Of a stretch of DNA of 64,000 nt, positions 51,098 to 59,725 are shown piece by piece. This DNA is from Candidatus Multivoradales bacterium (lineage in GTDB: Bacteria > Acidobacteriota > Thermoanaerobaculia > Multivoradales > J023), in the NCBI GenBank assembly GCA_965248925.1, contig CBDFLE010000005.1, positions 320,001 through 384,000 of the forward strand. Reading direction: 5' to 3'. Position numbers and translations under genes: made by a program. The notes under the pieces are model-generated. The model did no database searches. It was not told the origin of the DNA and saw only the letters and a program-made list of their open reading frames with translations. Position 1 is the stretch's first letter; each line of letters starts with the position of its first letter.

Positions 51098-52369
51098 TCA
51101 GAATCCCCAGGAGTAGCCGATCTCGAGATCCCATTGGCTCATCTCGAGCTCGATCGTTTGGGCACCGGGGAGATCGAGCGGATTGGGACCGACAACGCTG
51201 GTCGAAGGCGCGTGCATCACCGCCAGGCTGAGGGCGCGGCCGCTCTTGAGCTGCTTGGTGAAGCCCACCGTGAAGTGATCTTCCACCACGCCGGGGGCGA
51301 GGATGTTGAAGAGCACTTCGCTAGACCGGATGGGCTGATCGGTGGTCGAGAATCCAAAGCGCCAGGTGCAGGTGTCGCGCTGCCACTGCAAGCCCGCTTT
51401 GTAGATCGTTATGTCCTCCCAGCCGAAGCCGGCACCGCCATCATCCCCAAGTCGAGTGGTGACCAGGTTGGGCAAGAGTGGATTGCTCACCGCCCTACTA
51501 TCGGTGTAGAAGATCTCTTGAATATCGAAGACGAGAGTCAGCTGTTCGGTGAGACCGGCCGCTATGCCCGCGGTCCAAGAGGACGGGATATCGAAGCCGC
51601 CCTGCTCAGCGAACAGTCCGGCGTAGTCGTCGAACTCGCCCATCTTGGTCTCGGTCTGGTACGAGGCTCCGACCGAAAAACGCTCGGTGAGCTGACCCAG
51701 ATAGCCAATCCTGAAACCGAATCCGGTGCTGGTGTCGTGGCCGTTGTTGCTCAGGTTGGCGGTGTCGCTGGAGAACATCCCGAAGGTCTGGATTCCCTGA
51801 ATCTCGAAGCTCTGGTAGGCGAGCAGCGCGGTGAGGCCAAGGGCGTGCTTGCCCCCCCCGAAACGGAAGGCATAGGTCGGCGCGACGAATAGCTGGGCGA
51901 GGTCGACACCTGTTGGCGAGCTGCCGAAGAAGGTGCGGGTCGGATAGTCCGTGTTCATCCCGCCGTTACCGTAAAGACTGAAACCGAAGGTGGAGTTGGT
52001 GCCAACCTGCCAGTTGCCGCCGAAATATGGGATGGCGAAAAACTCCGAGTCGCTGTCCACCTTTCCCTGGGCTAGCCCGAAGGTACCTAGAAAGCCGGTC
52101 GGTGCACCACGCACGGTGTAGCTGCGGCTGGGGCTGAAAGTCGCCAGGCCGGCGTCCCAACGCTTGCCGAGGAAGGCCATCCCCGCCGGATTGGTCGCCG
52201 CCGCCAGCGCGTCTTGGGGTAGCGCCACGCCAGCGCCAGCCAGGCCCTTATTGGCGGTGCCGTAGCCATGAGCGAAGTAGCCGTTGGTCGCCAGGGCATG
52301 GGGAACCCAGCCGAGCGCGCACAGTGTAAGGGTGACGGTTCCTCGGACGATGAGGGCTTTTTTACCCAT
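51098..52369 (-). CDS. FadL/OmpP1/TodX family outer-membrane channel
   Basis: Signal peptide, ATNGYFAHGYG..KGLAGAGVA, NPAGM hatch motif, C-terminal Phe. Confidence 0.9.
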   Translation of the reverse strand: MGKKALIVRGTVTLTLCALGWVPHALATNGYFAHGYGTANKGLAGAGVALPQDALAAATNPAGMAFLGKRWDAGLATFSPSRSYTVRGAPTGFLGTFGLAQGKVDSDSEFFAIPYFGGNWQVGTNSTFGFSLYGNGGMNTDYPTRTFFGSSPTGVDLAQLFVAPTYAFRFGGGKHALGLTALLAYQSFEIQGIQTFGMFSSDTANLSNNGHDTSTGFGFRIGYLGQLTERFSVGASYQTETKMGEFDDYAGLFAEQGGFDIPSSWTAGIAAGLTEQLTLVFDIQEIFYTDSRAVSNPLLPNLVTTRLGDDGGAGFGWEDITIYKAGLQWQRDTCTWRFGFSTTDQPIRSSEVLFNILAPGVVEDHFTVGFTKQLKSGRALSLAVMHAPSTSVVGPNPLDLPGAQTIELEMSQWDLEIGYSWGF

Positions 52370-52546
52370 TGCATGACCTCCTGGGGCGGCTTACTGTCTC
52401 GTGCTTGGCGTGGAGCTGAGTCCTGCCGCCGCTTCCGCGTCAGCCGGTTCATCTCCAGGGCCTTGTTTCACCATATTCGCACCTAGCGATTCGAGGGTAG
52501 ACCGCTCTCTTGGCCCTGTCAAGAGAAGGCGCGGCGGCTGGGAACG

Positions 52547-52924
52547 CTAGCTCTTACTTTTCTCCACTGGCTGCGGGCTGCCGACCAGCATGCTCTGGCG
52601 GACATCAGAAATCAATTTGACATCGGCAGCGGCGCGGTCCAAGAGGGAGTCGCAGACTGCTTGGCAGATACCAAAGACGGTGGTGTCGCCGATCGAATAA
52701 AGGGCGTTGGCACCATCGCGCCGGCGCTCGACCAGGTTGACGGAGCGTAGGATATTGAGGTGTTTTGAAACGTTTGCTTGGCTGCCACCGACCTCGGCGA
52801 GGATTTCGGACACCGATCTCTCCCCCATGTGGAGGGTGTGTAGAATCTTCAAGCGAAAGGGGTTTCCCATCGCCTTGAGTCGCACCGCGATGCGTTCGAG
52901 AATTTCGTCTTGAAGCTCTTGCAC
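52547..52924 (-). CDS. ArsR/SmtB family transcriptional regulator with C-terminal CxxxC
   Basis: LKAMGNPFRLKIL..L..GERSVSEI...SQANVSKHL..L...LV.RRRDG; GICQAVC. Confidence 0.93.
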   Translation of the reverse strand: MQELQDEILERIAVRLKAMGNPFRLKILHTLHMGERSVSEILAEVGGSQANVSKHLNILRSVNLVERRRDGANALYSIGDTTVFGICQAVCDSLLDRAAADVKLISDVRQSMLVGSPQPVEKSKS

Positions 52925-52959
52925 TCGTCAGTCCTCATGCTTTCGGTGTCCGGACACGG

Positions 52960-53053
52960 GCTATCCTAGCACCTCTTCTCAGAGCTGCCGCCAATACCCT
53001 GAGACGGTTGCCCGGAGGTGAAAATTGACCTAGGTTTAGGATAGCGCTATAGT
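52960..53053. promoter_or_regulatory. Divergent promoter region between arsR and tusA
   Basis: Plus strand TTGACC (53025-53030), 17 bp, TATAGT (53048-53053); palindrome ATAGCGCTAT (53041-53050); minus strand TG-C-TAGGAT near 52963-52971. Confidence 0.65.
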
Positions 53054-53135
53054 CGCATACAGTGATGAAGGCAGATGTGGGCCGGCCCGAGGCGGTTCGA
53101 ATGTGCGGTCTTTCGCAGGCTAGCAAGGAGTTCCT

Positions 53136-53372
53136 ATGTCTCAAGTAACAGCTGACCAAGAGATCGACTGTCGCGGCATGAACTGCCCGCTGCCGGTGCT
53201 CAAGACTAAGAAAGCGCTGGTGCCGATGAACGGCGGCCAAGTGCTGAAGGTGACATCGACGGATCCGGGCTCGGTTGCCGACATGGCCGCTTTCAGTCGC
53301 CGTACCGGCCACGAGCTGCTCGACCAGAGTGCCGGCGATGGCGAGTACGTTTTCTTTTTCCGGCGCAAATAA
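53136..53372 (+). CDS. tusA: Sulfur carrier protein TusA
   Basis: IDCRGMNCPLPVLKTKKAL (CPxP motif), STDPGS; AAGGAG RBS. Confidence 0.95.
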   Translation: MSQVTADQEIDCRGMNCPLPVLKTKKALVPMNGGQVLKVTSTDPGSVADMAAFSRRTGHELLDQSAGDGEYVFFFRRK

Positions 53373-53383
53373 AGGAGGGGAAA

Positions 53384-53899
53384 GTGGCTGAAGAACGTCC
53401 CAAACGCCTTGCCCTCATCGCCTCTCAAGGAACTCTCGACTGGGCTTATCCTCCCTTCATTCTGGCCTCGACCGCCGCGGCTCTCGATATGGAAGTGGCG
53501 GTTTTCTTCACTTTCTACGGCCTGCCCCTGCTGTGTAAGGACTTGAAGGCGAAGGTCTCGCCGCACAGCAATCCGGCGATGCCGATGAAGATGCCCTTCG
53601 GTTCCCAGGGTTTCCAGGGTATCGAGTGGAACATCCCCAACGCCATCTCCGGCAACGTGCCGGGCTTCGATACCTTCGCCACCTCGATGATGAAGAAGAG
53701 CTTCGCCAACAAAGGGGTCGCCACTATCGAGGAGCTGCGCGAGGCCTGCGTCGATCTCGACGTCAAGTTGATCGCCTGCCAAATGACCATGGATGTCTTC
53801 GGCTTCTCCCGCGATGAATTCATCGATGGTATCGAACTCGGCGGTGCCGCTACTTTCCTCGAGTTCGCTGCCGACTCCGACATCAGTCTGTTCGTCTAA
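53384..53899 (+). CDS. dsrE2: DsrE2-type sulfurtransferase
   Basis: GTLDWAYPPFILASTAAALD..V.VFFTFYGL, ACQMTMD. Confidence 0.88.
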   Translation: MAEERPKRLALIASQGTLDWAYPPFILASTAAALDMEVAVFFTFYGLPLLCKDLKAKVSPHSNPAMPMKMPFGSQGFQGIEWNIPNAISGNVPGFDTFATSMMKKSFANKGVATIEELREACVDLDVKLIACQMTMDVFGFSRDEFIDGIELGGAATFLEFAADSDISLFV

Positions 53900-53914
53900 C
53901 CGGCCAAGTCGACA

Positions 53915-54688
53915 GTGAGCGGAAGAGAGAACCGAGCGCGCCTGCTAGACCTTGGCGAGGTCAGCGCGCTGCGTTCTCAGAGTCTCTTTCACGCCGTTGC
54001 CGCGGTGATGCAGCCACAGGACGACCCCGCGCTTATTCTGCTGCGCCCCGGCGCGGCGCTGGTCACCATCGGCCGCGACTATGCCGAAGATACCCTTGGC
54101 GGTGCATTGATCACAGCTGAAGGATTGCCGGTGTTTCGCTCCCTGGCGCCCGGCGAGTTGGCCTTTCACGACTCGGGTCAACTCTCCTTCTACCTTCTGG
54201 TCGGGGCAGGGCGGATTGACGAATTCGGACTTGGCTCGCCGCCCGCCAACTCAGTAGAGGCCGTGGCTCGGGCGCCGATCAGCGCTTGCCGCGCGCTGGG
54301 ATTCGAAGCGCAGGCAAGCCCGCCGAACAAGATCGTAGTGGCGGGTCGAGCGATTGGTACCGTCGAGCTAGTGAGGGTCGACGAGGTTTCGCTGCTCCGC
54401 GGCCGGCTGTGGCTGGAGGTGGATGGCGACAGGCTCGGACGGATCGAGGAGCAATTCACCACCGACTCAACCACCTCTTTCAGTCAGCATTTGGCGCCCG
54501 GAAAAGGATTTCCGGAAGTCGCCGATGCTCTGGTGGCGGCGATCGAGAAAGAACACCAGCTCGATTTGATTCCCTCGATGCCGACGCCAGCCGAACTCGA
54601 CGCGCTGCTCGACTGGGACACTCGGCTGGCCGGTAGTGGATTGCGAACAGGTTTTTCGAGCAGTGAAACGGACCGGATTCCCGCTTAG
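53915..54688 (+). CDS. Lipoate-protein ligase-like protein with degenerate catalytic motifs
   Basis: LLDLG.V...RSQ..FHAVA N-terminus and xxHD..QL; RRxxGGG replaced by RSLAPGE and NDI..GxKI by NKI..GRAI. Confidence 0.7.
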   Translation: MSGRENRARLLDLGEVSALRSQSLFHAVAAVMQPQDDPALILLRPGAALVTIGRDYAEDTLGGALITAEGLPVFRSLAPGELAFHDSGQLSFYLLVGAGRIDEFGLGSPPANSVEAVARAPISACRALGFEAQASPPNKIVVAGRAIGTVELVRVDEVSLLRGRLWLEVDGDRLGRIEEQFTTDSTTSFSQHLAPGKGFPEVADALVAAIEKEHQLDLIPSMPTPAELDALLDWDTRLAGSGLRTGFSSSETDRIPA

Positions 54689-54696
54689 GAGATCGC

Positions 54697-55068
54697 ATGG
54701 ACGAAGGAAGTGTAGTGATTTTTGTGACCTCGGGTCCCGACACCCCGCAGCGTTGCGCGACGCCGTTCTACATGGCCAACATTGCCACTGCGATGGACAA
54801 CGAGGCTGAGTTGATATTCCAGATCGATGGTGTGCTGCTGATGAAAAAGGGGGTCGCCGAGGAACTTTACGCCAAAGAAGGTGGCAAGAAAGTCATCGAC
54901 TTTATTCGCGAGGCCAAGGAATCCGGGGCGACCATGAGCGTTTGCTCGGCGGCGCTCCAGCTGCACGACATGACCGAGGACGATCTGATCGAAGAATGCG
55001 ACGGGGTGGTCGGCGCCGCCTACATGACGGATCAAGGACTCGACGCCGATATGGTGCTGTGTTACTGA
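54697..55068 (+). CDS. DsrE family sulfur-transfer protein
   Basis: VTSGPDTPQRCATPF..A..A.AMD, DGV.L, MSVCSAAL, VGAA. Confidence 0.85.
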   Translation: MDEGSVVIFVTSGPDTPQRCATPFYMANIATAMDNEAELIFQIDGVLLMKKGVAEELYAKEGGKKVIDFIREAKESGATMSVCSAALQLHDMTEDDLIEECDGVVGAAYMTDQGLDADMVLCY

Positions 55069-55090
55069 TCCGCTCACTCTTTGGAGTTCG

Positions 55091-55555
55091 ATGATGGCTG
55101 AGGTGAAGAACTGTCTCCTGCCCGATGACTTGCGCTATCACGTCAAGTTCAATGTTTGGCTGCGCGACAACAGCGATGGAACCTACGACCTGGGAATGAC
55201 CGACATCGCCCAGACGATGGCCGGCGCGATCATCCATTGCCGGCCGAAAAAAGTTGGCAAGACGGTCAAAGCGGGACGCAGCGTGGCCACCGTCGAGAGC
55301 GGCAAGTGGGTAGGGCCGGTGAAGACCCCTTTCGCCGGCAAGATCGTCGCTCGCAACGAACTCACCGAGAGCGAGCCGACGGTGCTCAACAAGAGCCCTT
55401 ATCAACAAGGCTGGATCGTGCGCATTGAGCCCAGCGATGGCGCGGCGGTCTTCGAGGCGCTGCTAGAGGCTGAGCTAGCGAGTGGAGAGTTCGCCACCTA
55501 CATGGCCGAGAACGAGCTGGGCGAGTGCATCCACTGCGAAGGGTTCGATGGGTGA
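55091..55555 (+). CDS. lbpA: Lipoate-binding protein (GcvH-like) of the sHdr system
   Basis: SVATVESGKWVGP lipoyl-Lys motif, CLLPDDL.Y, GMTDIAQ, PY..GWI; position within the sHdr cluster. Confidence 0.88.
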   Translation: MMAEVKNCLLPDDLRYHVKFNVWLRDNSDGTYDLGMTDIAQTMAGAIIHCRPKKVGKTVKAGRSVATVESGKWVGPVKTPFAGKIVARNELTESEPTVLNKSPYQQGWIVRIEPSDGAAVFEALLEAELASGEFATYMAENELGECIHCEGFDG

Positions 55556-55829
55556 GCTGCTCATGAGGGTCTTCACCCATCCTGCTTGTTCAGGCTGTTC
55601 GGCGGCGGTGCGCCGGGCCTGGGAGCTGAACCAGGCGCAACCTGAGATCGAGCTGCGGACGGTTAGCTCGGTGGAGAAGGCGGGGCTTGCAGAAGCGCAG
55701 CGAGAGGGCATCAAGACCATCCCGACGATCATCTTCTCGTCGCCAGCGGGCGAGCAGCGGCGCTTCGTGGGCACGCCCCAAGCCGGTGCTCTCGCATCCT
55801 TCGCCAGTACCCTTTCATCCCCGGTCTAA
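55548..55829 (+). CDS. Thioredoxin/glutaredoxin-like protein
   Basis: FTHPACSGC (CxxC), IKTIPT cis-Pro loop, RFVGTP. Confidence 0.85.
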   Translation: MGELLMRVFTHPACSGCSAAVRRAWELNQAQPEIELRTVSSVEKAGLAEAQREGIKTIPTIIFSSPAGEQRRFVGTPQAGALASFASTLSSPV

Positions 55830-55842
55830 AGGAACAGCAGCG

Positions 55843-56562
55843 ATGGATCCGATATACGCCGACGCCAAGTTTCAGGATGTCCCCTACGAAGAGAAGAAGG
55901 CCCTCTTCGATGAAGTCAAGGCCGACATGCGCTGGGAAACGACCCTCTACGGCTGCTACGAATGCGGTATTTGCGTCGCCGCCTGCCCGTCGGCTCGTTT
56001 CTACGATTTCAGCCCGCGAGTCTACGCCCAAGTCATGGCGCGAGAAGATGTTCACACCTTCTATGAGCTGCTCAATGAGTCGGTCTGGGATTGCTCGCAG
56101 TGCTTCTCCTGCACCCGCTGCCCGCGACAGAACAACCCCGGTGGAATCATCACCATCATGCGCGAGGTGGCGGTCAACCATGGCTTGGAGACCGCGAAAG
56201 ACGCCCTCAAGGCATACAGCCGCATTATCTACAAGATCATGTCGACCGGCACCCAGGTGGCGCCCGACATGCTGCAACCCGACTTCTTCCCCGATTGGGG
56301 GCCCGACGTGCAGCAGGTCTCCGACAATCTGGATGTGTGGCGGCGGGCGATTCCCCCTGAGACCTTGCACACCACCGAGCTGGCCTGGGATGTGGCCGAG
56401 AAGACTAGAGTCGAGCTATTCATGATCTGGAAGCTCACTGGCAACCTGGAAATGATCGAGCAGATCGATGAAGGCATCTTCATGATTCTCGAAGAGGTTA
56501 TGGAAGAGCTACTCGACGAACATGGCTTCGACATCGACGACTTCGACTCTGTCATTGACTGA
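55843..56562 (+). CDS. shdrC1: sHdr heterodisulfide reductase-like subunit C1
   Basis: CYECGICVAACP, WDCSQCFSCTRCPRQNNPGG, FPDWG. Confidence 0.9.
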   Translation: MDPIYADAKFQDVPYEEKKALFDEVKADMRWETTLYGCYECGICVAACPSARFYDFSPRVYAQVMAREDVHTFYELLNESVWDCSQCFSCTRCPRQNNPGGIITIMREVAVNHGLETAKDALKAYSRIIYKIMSTGTQVAPDMLQPDFFPDWGPDVQQVSDNLDVWRRAIPPETLHTTELAWDVAEKTRVELFMIWKLTGNLEMIEQIDEGIFMILEEVMEELLDEHGFDIDDFDSVID

Positions 56563-56588
56563 CTATGTGATCGACTGAGGTAACCACC

Positions 56589-57791
56589 ATGAGCATCTTG
56601 CCGATTGTCGGTGCTGGCGGCCCGACCAAGGCCAAAGACCGAGTCTTCGACCGCAAAGGTCATATGCCCGAGGAGTACTACAAAGATCAGCTCTTCGAGC
56701 TCGAAGCCAAGGGGGAGTTGATCATTCATCGGATCAGCGAAGCCCAGGCCCCGGTGGAACTCGACAACAAGTTCGGGCGCAAGAAGAAGATCGCCATCGA
56801 CAACACCTGGCACCATAAAAGCTGTGGCCAGTGCGGTCATATTCCAGGCTATTCGACCTCGATCTTCTGGCTCATCCGCGAGCTTGGCTTGACCTATCAC
56901 GATCCCAAGGAGCAGACCTCCTGCACGGCTTGGAACTACTACGCTTCCTCGACCTCCAACCCCGCCGCCCAAGCGGCGGTGGCGCTGCGCAATTTTGCCC
57001 AAGCCTACGAACACGGCTTCTATCCGATCATCCACTGCGGCACCAGCTATGGCCACTACAAAGAGGTGCGTGAAGAGCTGATCCATCATCCGGAGCTGCG
57101 GGACCAGACCCGGCGGGTGATGGAGAAGCTCGGTAAGCCGATGGTCTTTCCCGAGGAGATCGTCCATTACTCAGAGTGGGTGCATGCGATGCGCCACCGG
57201 ATCCACGAGCGCCAGACTCTCGATCTGAGCAATGTCACGGTGACCGTGCATCCGGCCTGCCACTACCACAAGCTGGTGGCCGAGGACGCGATCTACGACC
57301 GTGAACTCTACGACGGTCAGCGCACCGCGGTGGTCAGCGCCCTGGTCAATGCCCTGGGCGCCAACCTGGCCGACTATTCGACTTTCCACGATTGCTGCGG
57401 TTTCGGCTTCCGCCACATCCTGGTGAGCCGCGATTTCTCCCGCTCTTTCGCCACCCTGCGCAAGATCGAGAAGATGAAAGAAGAAGCCAATCCCGATGTC
57501 ACTCTGACCCACGACACCGGCTGTGTGACCACCCTGGATAAGAGCCAGTTTGCCGCTCAGGCCCACAACCGCAATGTCGGCATCCCGGTGATGTCCGATG
57601 CTCAATTCGCCGCGTTGGCGATGGGCGCGCACCCCTACAAGGTCTGCCAGCTGCACTGGCACGGAGTCGACATGAAGCCGTTGCTCGAGAAAATGGGCAT
57701 CGACCACGCCGCCGCTTGGGCTGAGTTCGAAGAGGTGGCGGCAAAGATCAAAGCTGGCGACATGGATTTCATGTCGTGGGAGGACTGCTGA
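56589..57791 (+). CDS. shdrB1: sHdr subunit B1 (CCG domains)
   Basis: HHKSCGQCGHIPGY, QTSCTAWNY, IHCGTSYG, HPACH, DCCGFGFRH, HDTGC. Confidence 0.92.
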   Translation: MSILPIVGAGGPTKAKDRVFDRKGHMPEEYYKDQLFELEAKGELIIHRISEAQAPVELDNKFGRKKKIAIDNTWHHKSCGQCGHIPGYSTSIFWLIRELGLTYHDPKEQTSCTAWNYYASSTSNPAAQAAVALRNFAQAYEHGFYPIIHCGTSYGHYKEVREELIHHPELRDQTRRVMEKLGKPMVFPEEIVHYSEWVHAMRHRIHERQTLDLSNVTVTVHPACHYHKLVAEDAIYDRELYDGQRTAVVSALVNALGANLADYSTFHDCCGFGFRHILVSRDFSRSFATLRKIEKMKEEANPDVTLTHDTGCVTTLDKSQFAAQAHNRNVGIPVMSDAQFAALAMGAHPYKVCQLHWHGVDMKPLLEKMGIDHAAAWAEFEEVAAKIKAGDMDFMSWEDC

Positions 57792-58858
57792 TGGAGCACC
57801 ATCCGATTCTCATCATTGGCGCCGGACCGGCGGGCCTGGAAGCGGCGCGAGGGGCGGCGGAACTGGGCTACCCGGTGTTGCTGGTGGAGAAAGAGACCCT
57901 CCTCGGCGGTTCACCGATCCTCTCCTCCTATGCCGCCTTGACGCCCAATATGGAAGACGCCGAGACGGCAATGAAACGCATGGCCGATGGCGCCAGCGGC
58001 GAGTCGTTGGTCGACGTCCGCATCGAGACCACGGTCATCGCCGCCAGTGGCGACGCCCCTGAGATCAGCGTCACCCTGGCGGGACCCGGCGGTGAGGAGC
58101 AAGTCACCGTTGGCGCAGTGATCGTCTGCACCGGCTTCCAGCATTTCGATCCCGGCCGCGAAACCCAGATGTACGGCTACTACGAGTACGACGACGTCAT
58201 CACCCTGGTCGATGTCGAGAAGATGCTCAAAGCCGGCAAGTTTGTGCGCCCCTCGACCGGCGAGACGCCGAAACGAGTGTGCTTCATCCAATGCGTTGGC
58301 AGCCGCGACCGGCAGATCGGCAACTTCTGGTGCTCCAAGGTCTGCTGCGGCATTGCCTGTAAGGAAGCCATCGAGATCCGCGAGCATGTGCCCGACTGCC
58401 AGGTCTTCGTCTTCTACATTGACATGCGGATGTACAGTTTCTGGGAAGACCAGCTCTATTGGAAAGCGCAAGAGAAGCACAAAGTGCAGTTCATACGCGG
58501 CATCGTTACCGAGATCACCCGCCGCGGCGACACGGTGGTGATCAAGGGCGAGGATACAACCATGGGCCGGCCGGTCGAGGTCGCCATGGACGTGGTGGTG
58601 CTGTCGGTCGGCATGGAACCCAGCGAGGGCACCACCGAGATGGCCAAGATGTTCGAGCTACCGCTCGAATCGCACCGTTTCATCGAGACCACCGGCGGGG
58701 CGCTCAACACCGTCTCGACCACGCGGCCGGGGATCTATGTCGCCGGCTGCGCCTCCGGTCCCGCTGATCTCGAAGATTCGGTGTCGGCGGCTGGTGCGGC
58801 GGTAATGAAAGCCGCTGGTTTCTTGCGCAAGCATGCGCTCACCGCCGAAACCGTCTGA
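57791..58858 (+). CDS. shdrA: sHdr flavoprotein subunit A (short HdrA)
   Basis: GAGPAG, GFQHFDPG, FIQCVGSRD..IGN.WCSKVCC, FYIDMR, GPAD; TGATG coupling to B1. Confidence 0.93.
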   Translation: MEHHPILIIGAGPAGLEAARGAAELGYPVLLVEKETLLGGSPILSSYAALTPNMEDAETAMKRMADGASGESLVDVRIETTVIAASGDAPEISVTLAGPGGEEQVTVGAVIVCTGFQHFDPGRETQMYGYYEYDDVITLVDVEKMLKAGKFVRPSTGETPKRVCFIQCVGSRDRQIGNFWCSKVCCGIACKEAIEIREHVPDCQVFVFYIDMRMYSFWEDQLYWKAQEKHKVQFIRGIVTEITRRGDTVVIKGEDTTMGRPVEVAMDVVVLSVGMEPSEGTTEMAKMFELPLESHRFIETTGGALNTVSTTRPGIYVAGCASGPADLEDSVSAAGAAVMKAAGFLRKHALTAETV

Positions 58859-58876
58859 GCGAGGCAGAAACCAGCT

Positions 58877-59725
58877 GTGCTGCACACTCCCGTCAACATT
58901 GGTCAATCGGCCGCCGGTCCGGCCGCTAGGGTGGTCGATGCCGAGGCCGCCCTCGAGTTCATGAAAGAGGCCACCAAAGTGGCCACCGGTACTGAACTCG
59001 AAGACATCGGCCAACGGCTCGAGCTGAAGAGCGCCTTGTTCGGTGAGTTGCTAGCCGAGGAGCGCCTGGAGACCTTCGACGAGGAGGATCTGAAGTGTCT
59101 GCTACGCCATATCTTCACCCTCAAACGCAAGGCCAAGCGCCTGCTGCGGCGCAACGATTTGGTCACGATACGGCAGGGTTTCCAAGATTTGCTCTACGGC
59201 AGCGATGCGATTGCTGAGCGTTTCGATCGGTTCACCGCCGGTATCCAGGGTTTCGAGCCGGCGATGAAAGTTTCGTTGGCCAGCGAGGTGTTGCATTTCA
59301 CCGATCCCGGCAGCCACTGGCTGTGGACCTATTGGATTTGGAACCCCAAGACCAGCACCGGTGCTTTGCCCCTAGTGACTCACCAAGAGGGCGTCGACCT
59401 GTCCGGCACCAGTGCTGGGGTGATTTACGACCAGGTCGGCCAGGCCCTGGTGCAAGTCAATCAAGCGGGCCATGAGGTCGGCTACTCGCGGTCGGGCAGA
59501 GGCTTATTCGGCACCGATGTGTTCCTTGCCTGCGTCTACGCGGTTTACATGTTCACCGTTTTCAAAGTGAAGCTGTCGCAGGAATTCAACCGCATTTTGC
59601 CAGAGCTGCCGCAGCTCGTCGAACGGGTGTTGGGAGTCCACGCCATGGGAGAAGCCGATGCCGGAGAGACCAATGCCGGAGAGACCAATGCCGGAGAGAC
59701 CCATGCCGGAGAGACCAATGCCTGA
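58877..59725 (+). CDS. shdrH: Conserved hypothetical protein in the sHdrH position
   Basis: Directly follows shdrA; EVLHF..P..WLWT.WIW.P.T.TGALPL, DVFLACVYAVY. Confidence 0.8.
   Translation: MLHTPVNIGQSAAGPAARVVDAEAALEFMKEATKVATGTELEDIGQRLELKSALFGELLAEERLETFDEEDLKCLLRHIFTLKRKAKRLLRRNDLVTIRQGFQDLLYGSDAIAERFDRFTAGIQGFEPAMKVSLASEVLHFTDPGSHWLWTYWIWNPKTSTGALPLVTHQEGVDLSGTSAGVIYDQVGQALVQVNQAGHEVGYSRSGRGLFGTDVFLACVYAVYMFTVFKVKLSQEFNRILPELPQLVERVLGVHAMGEADAGETNAGETNAGETHAGETNA
59658..59722 (+). repeat. 15-bp tandem repeat ATGCCGGAGAGACC(A/C) x4 plus partial copy at the shdrH/shdrB3 junction
   Basis: Units start at 59658, 59673, 59688, 59703 and 59718 (partial); they encode (AGETN)n in shdrH and (MPERP)n in shdrB3. 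Confidence 0.95.

Noticed and set aside
55091-55555. Glycine cleavage system H protein
   Set aside because: No gcvT or gcvP nearby; the VESGKWVGP motif and context indicate LbpA.
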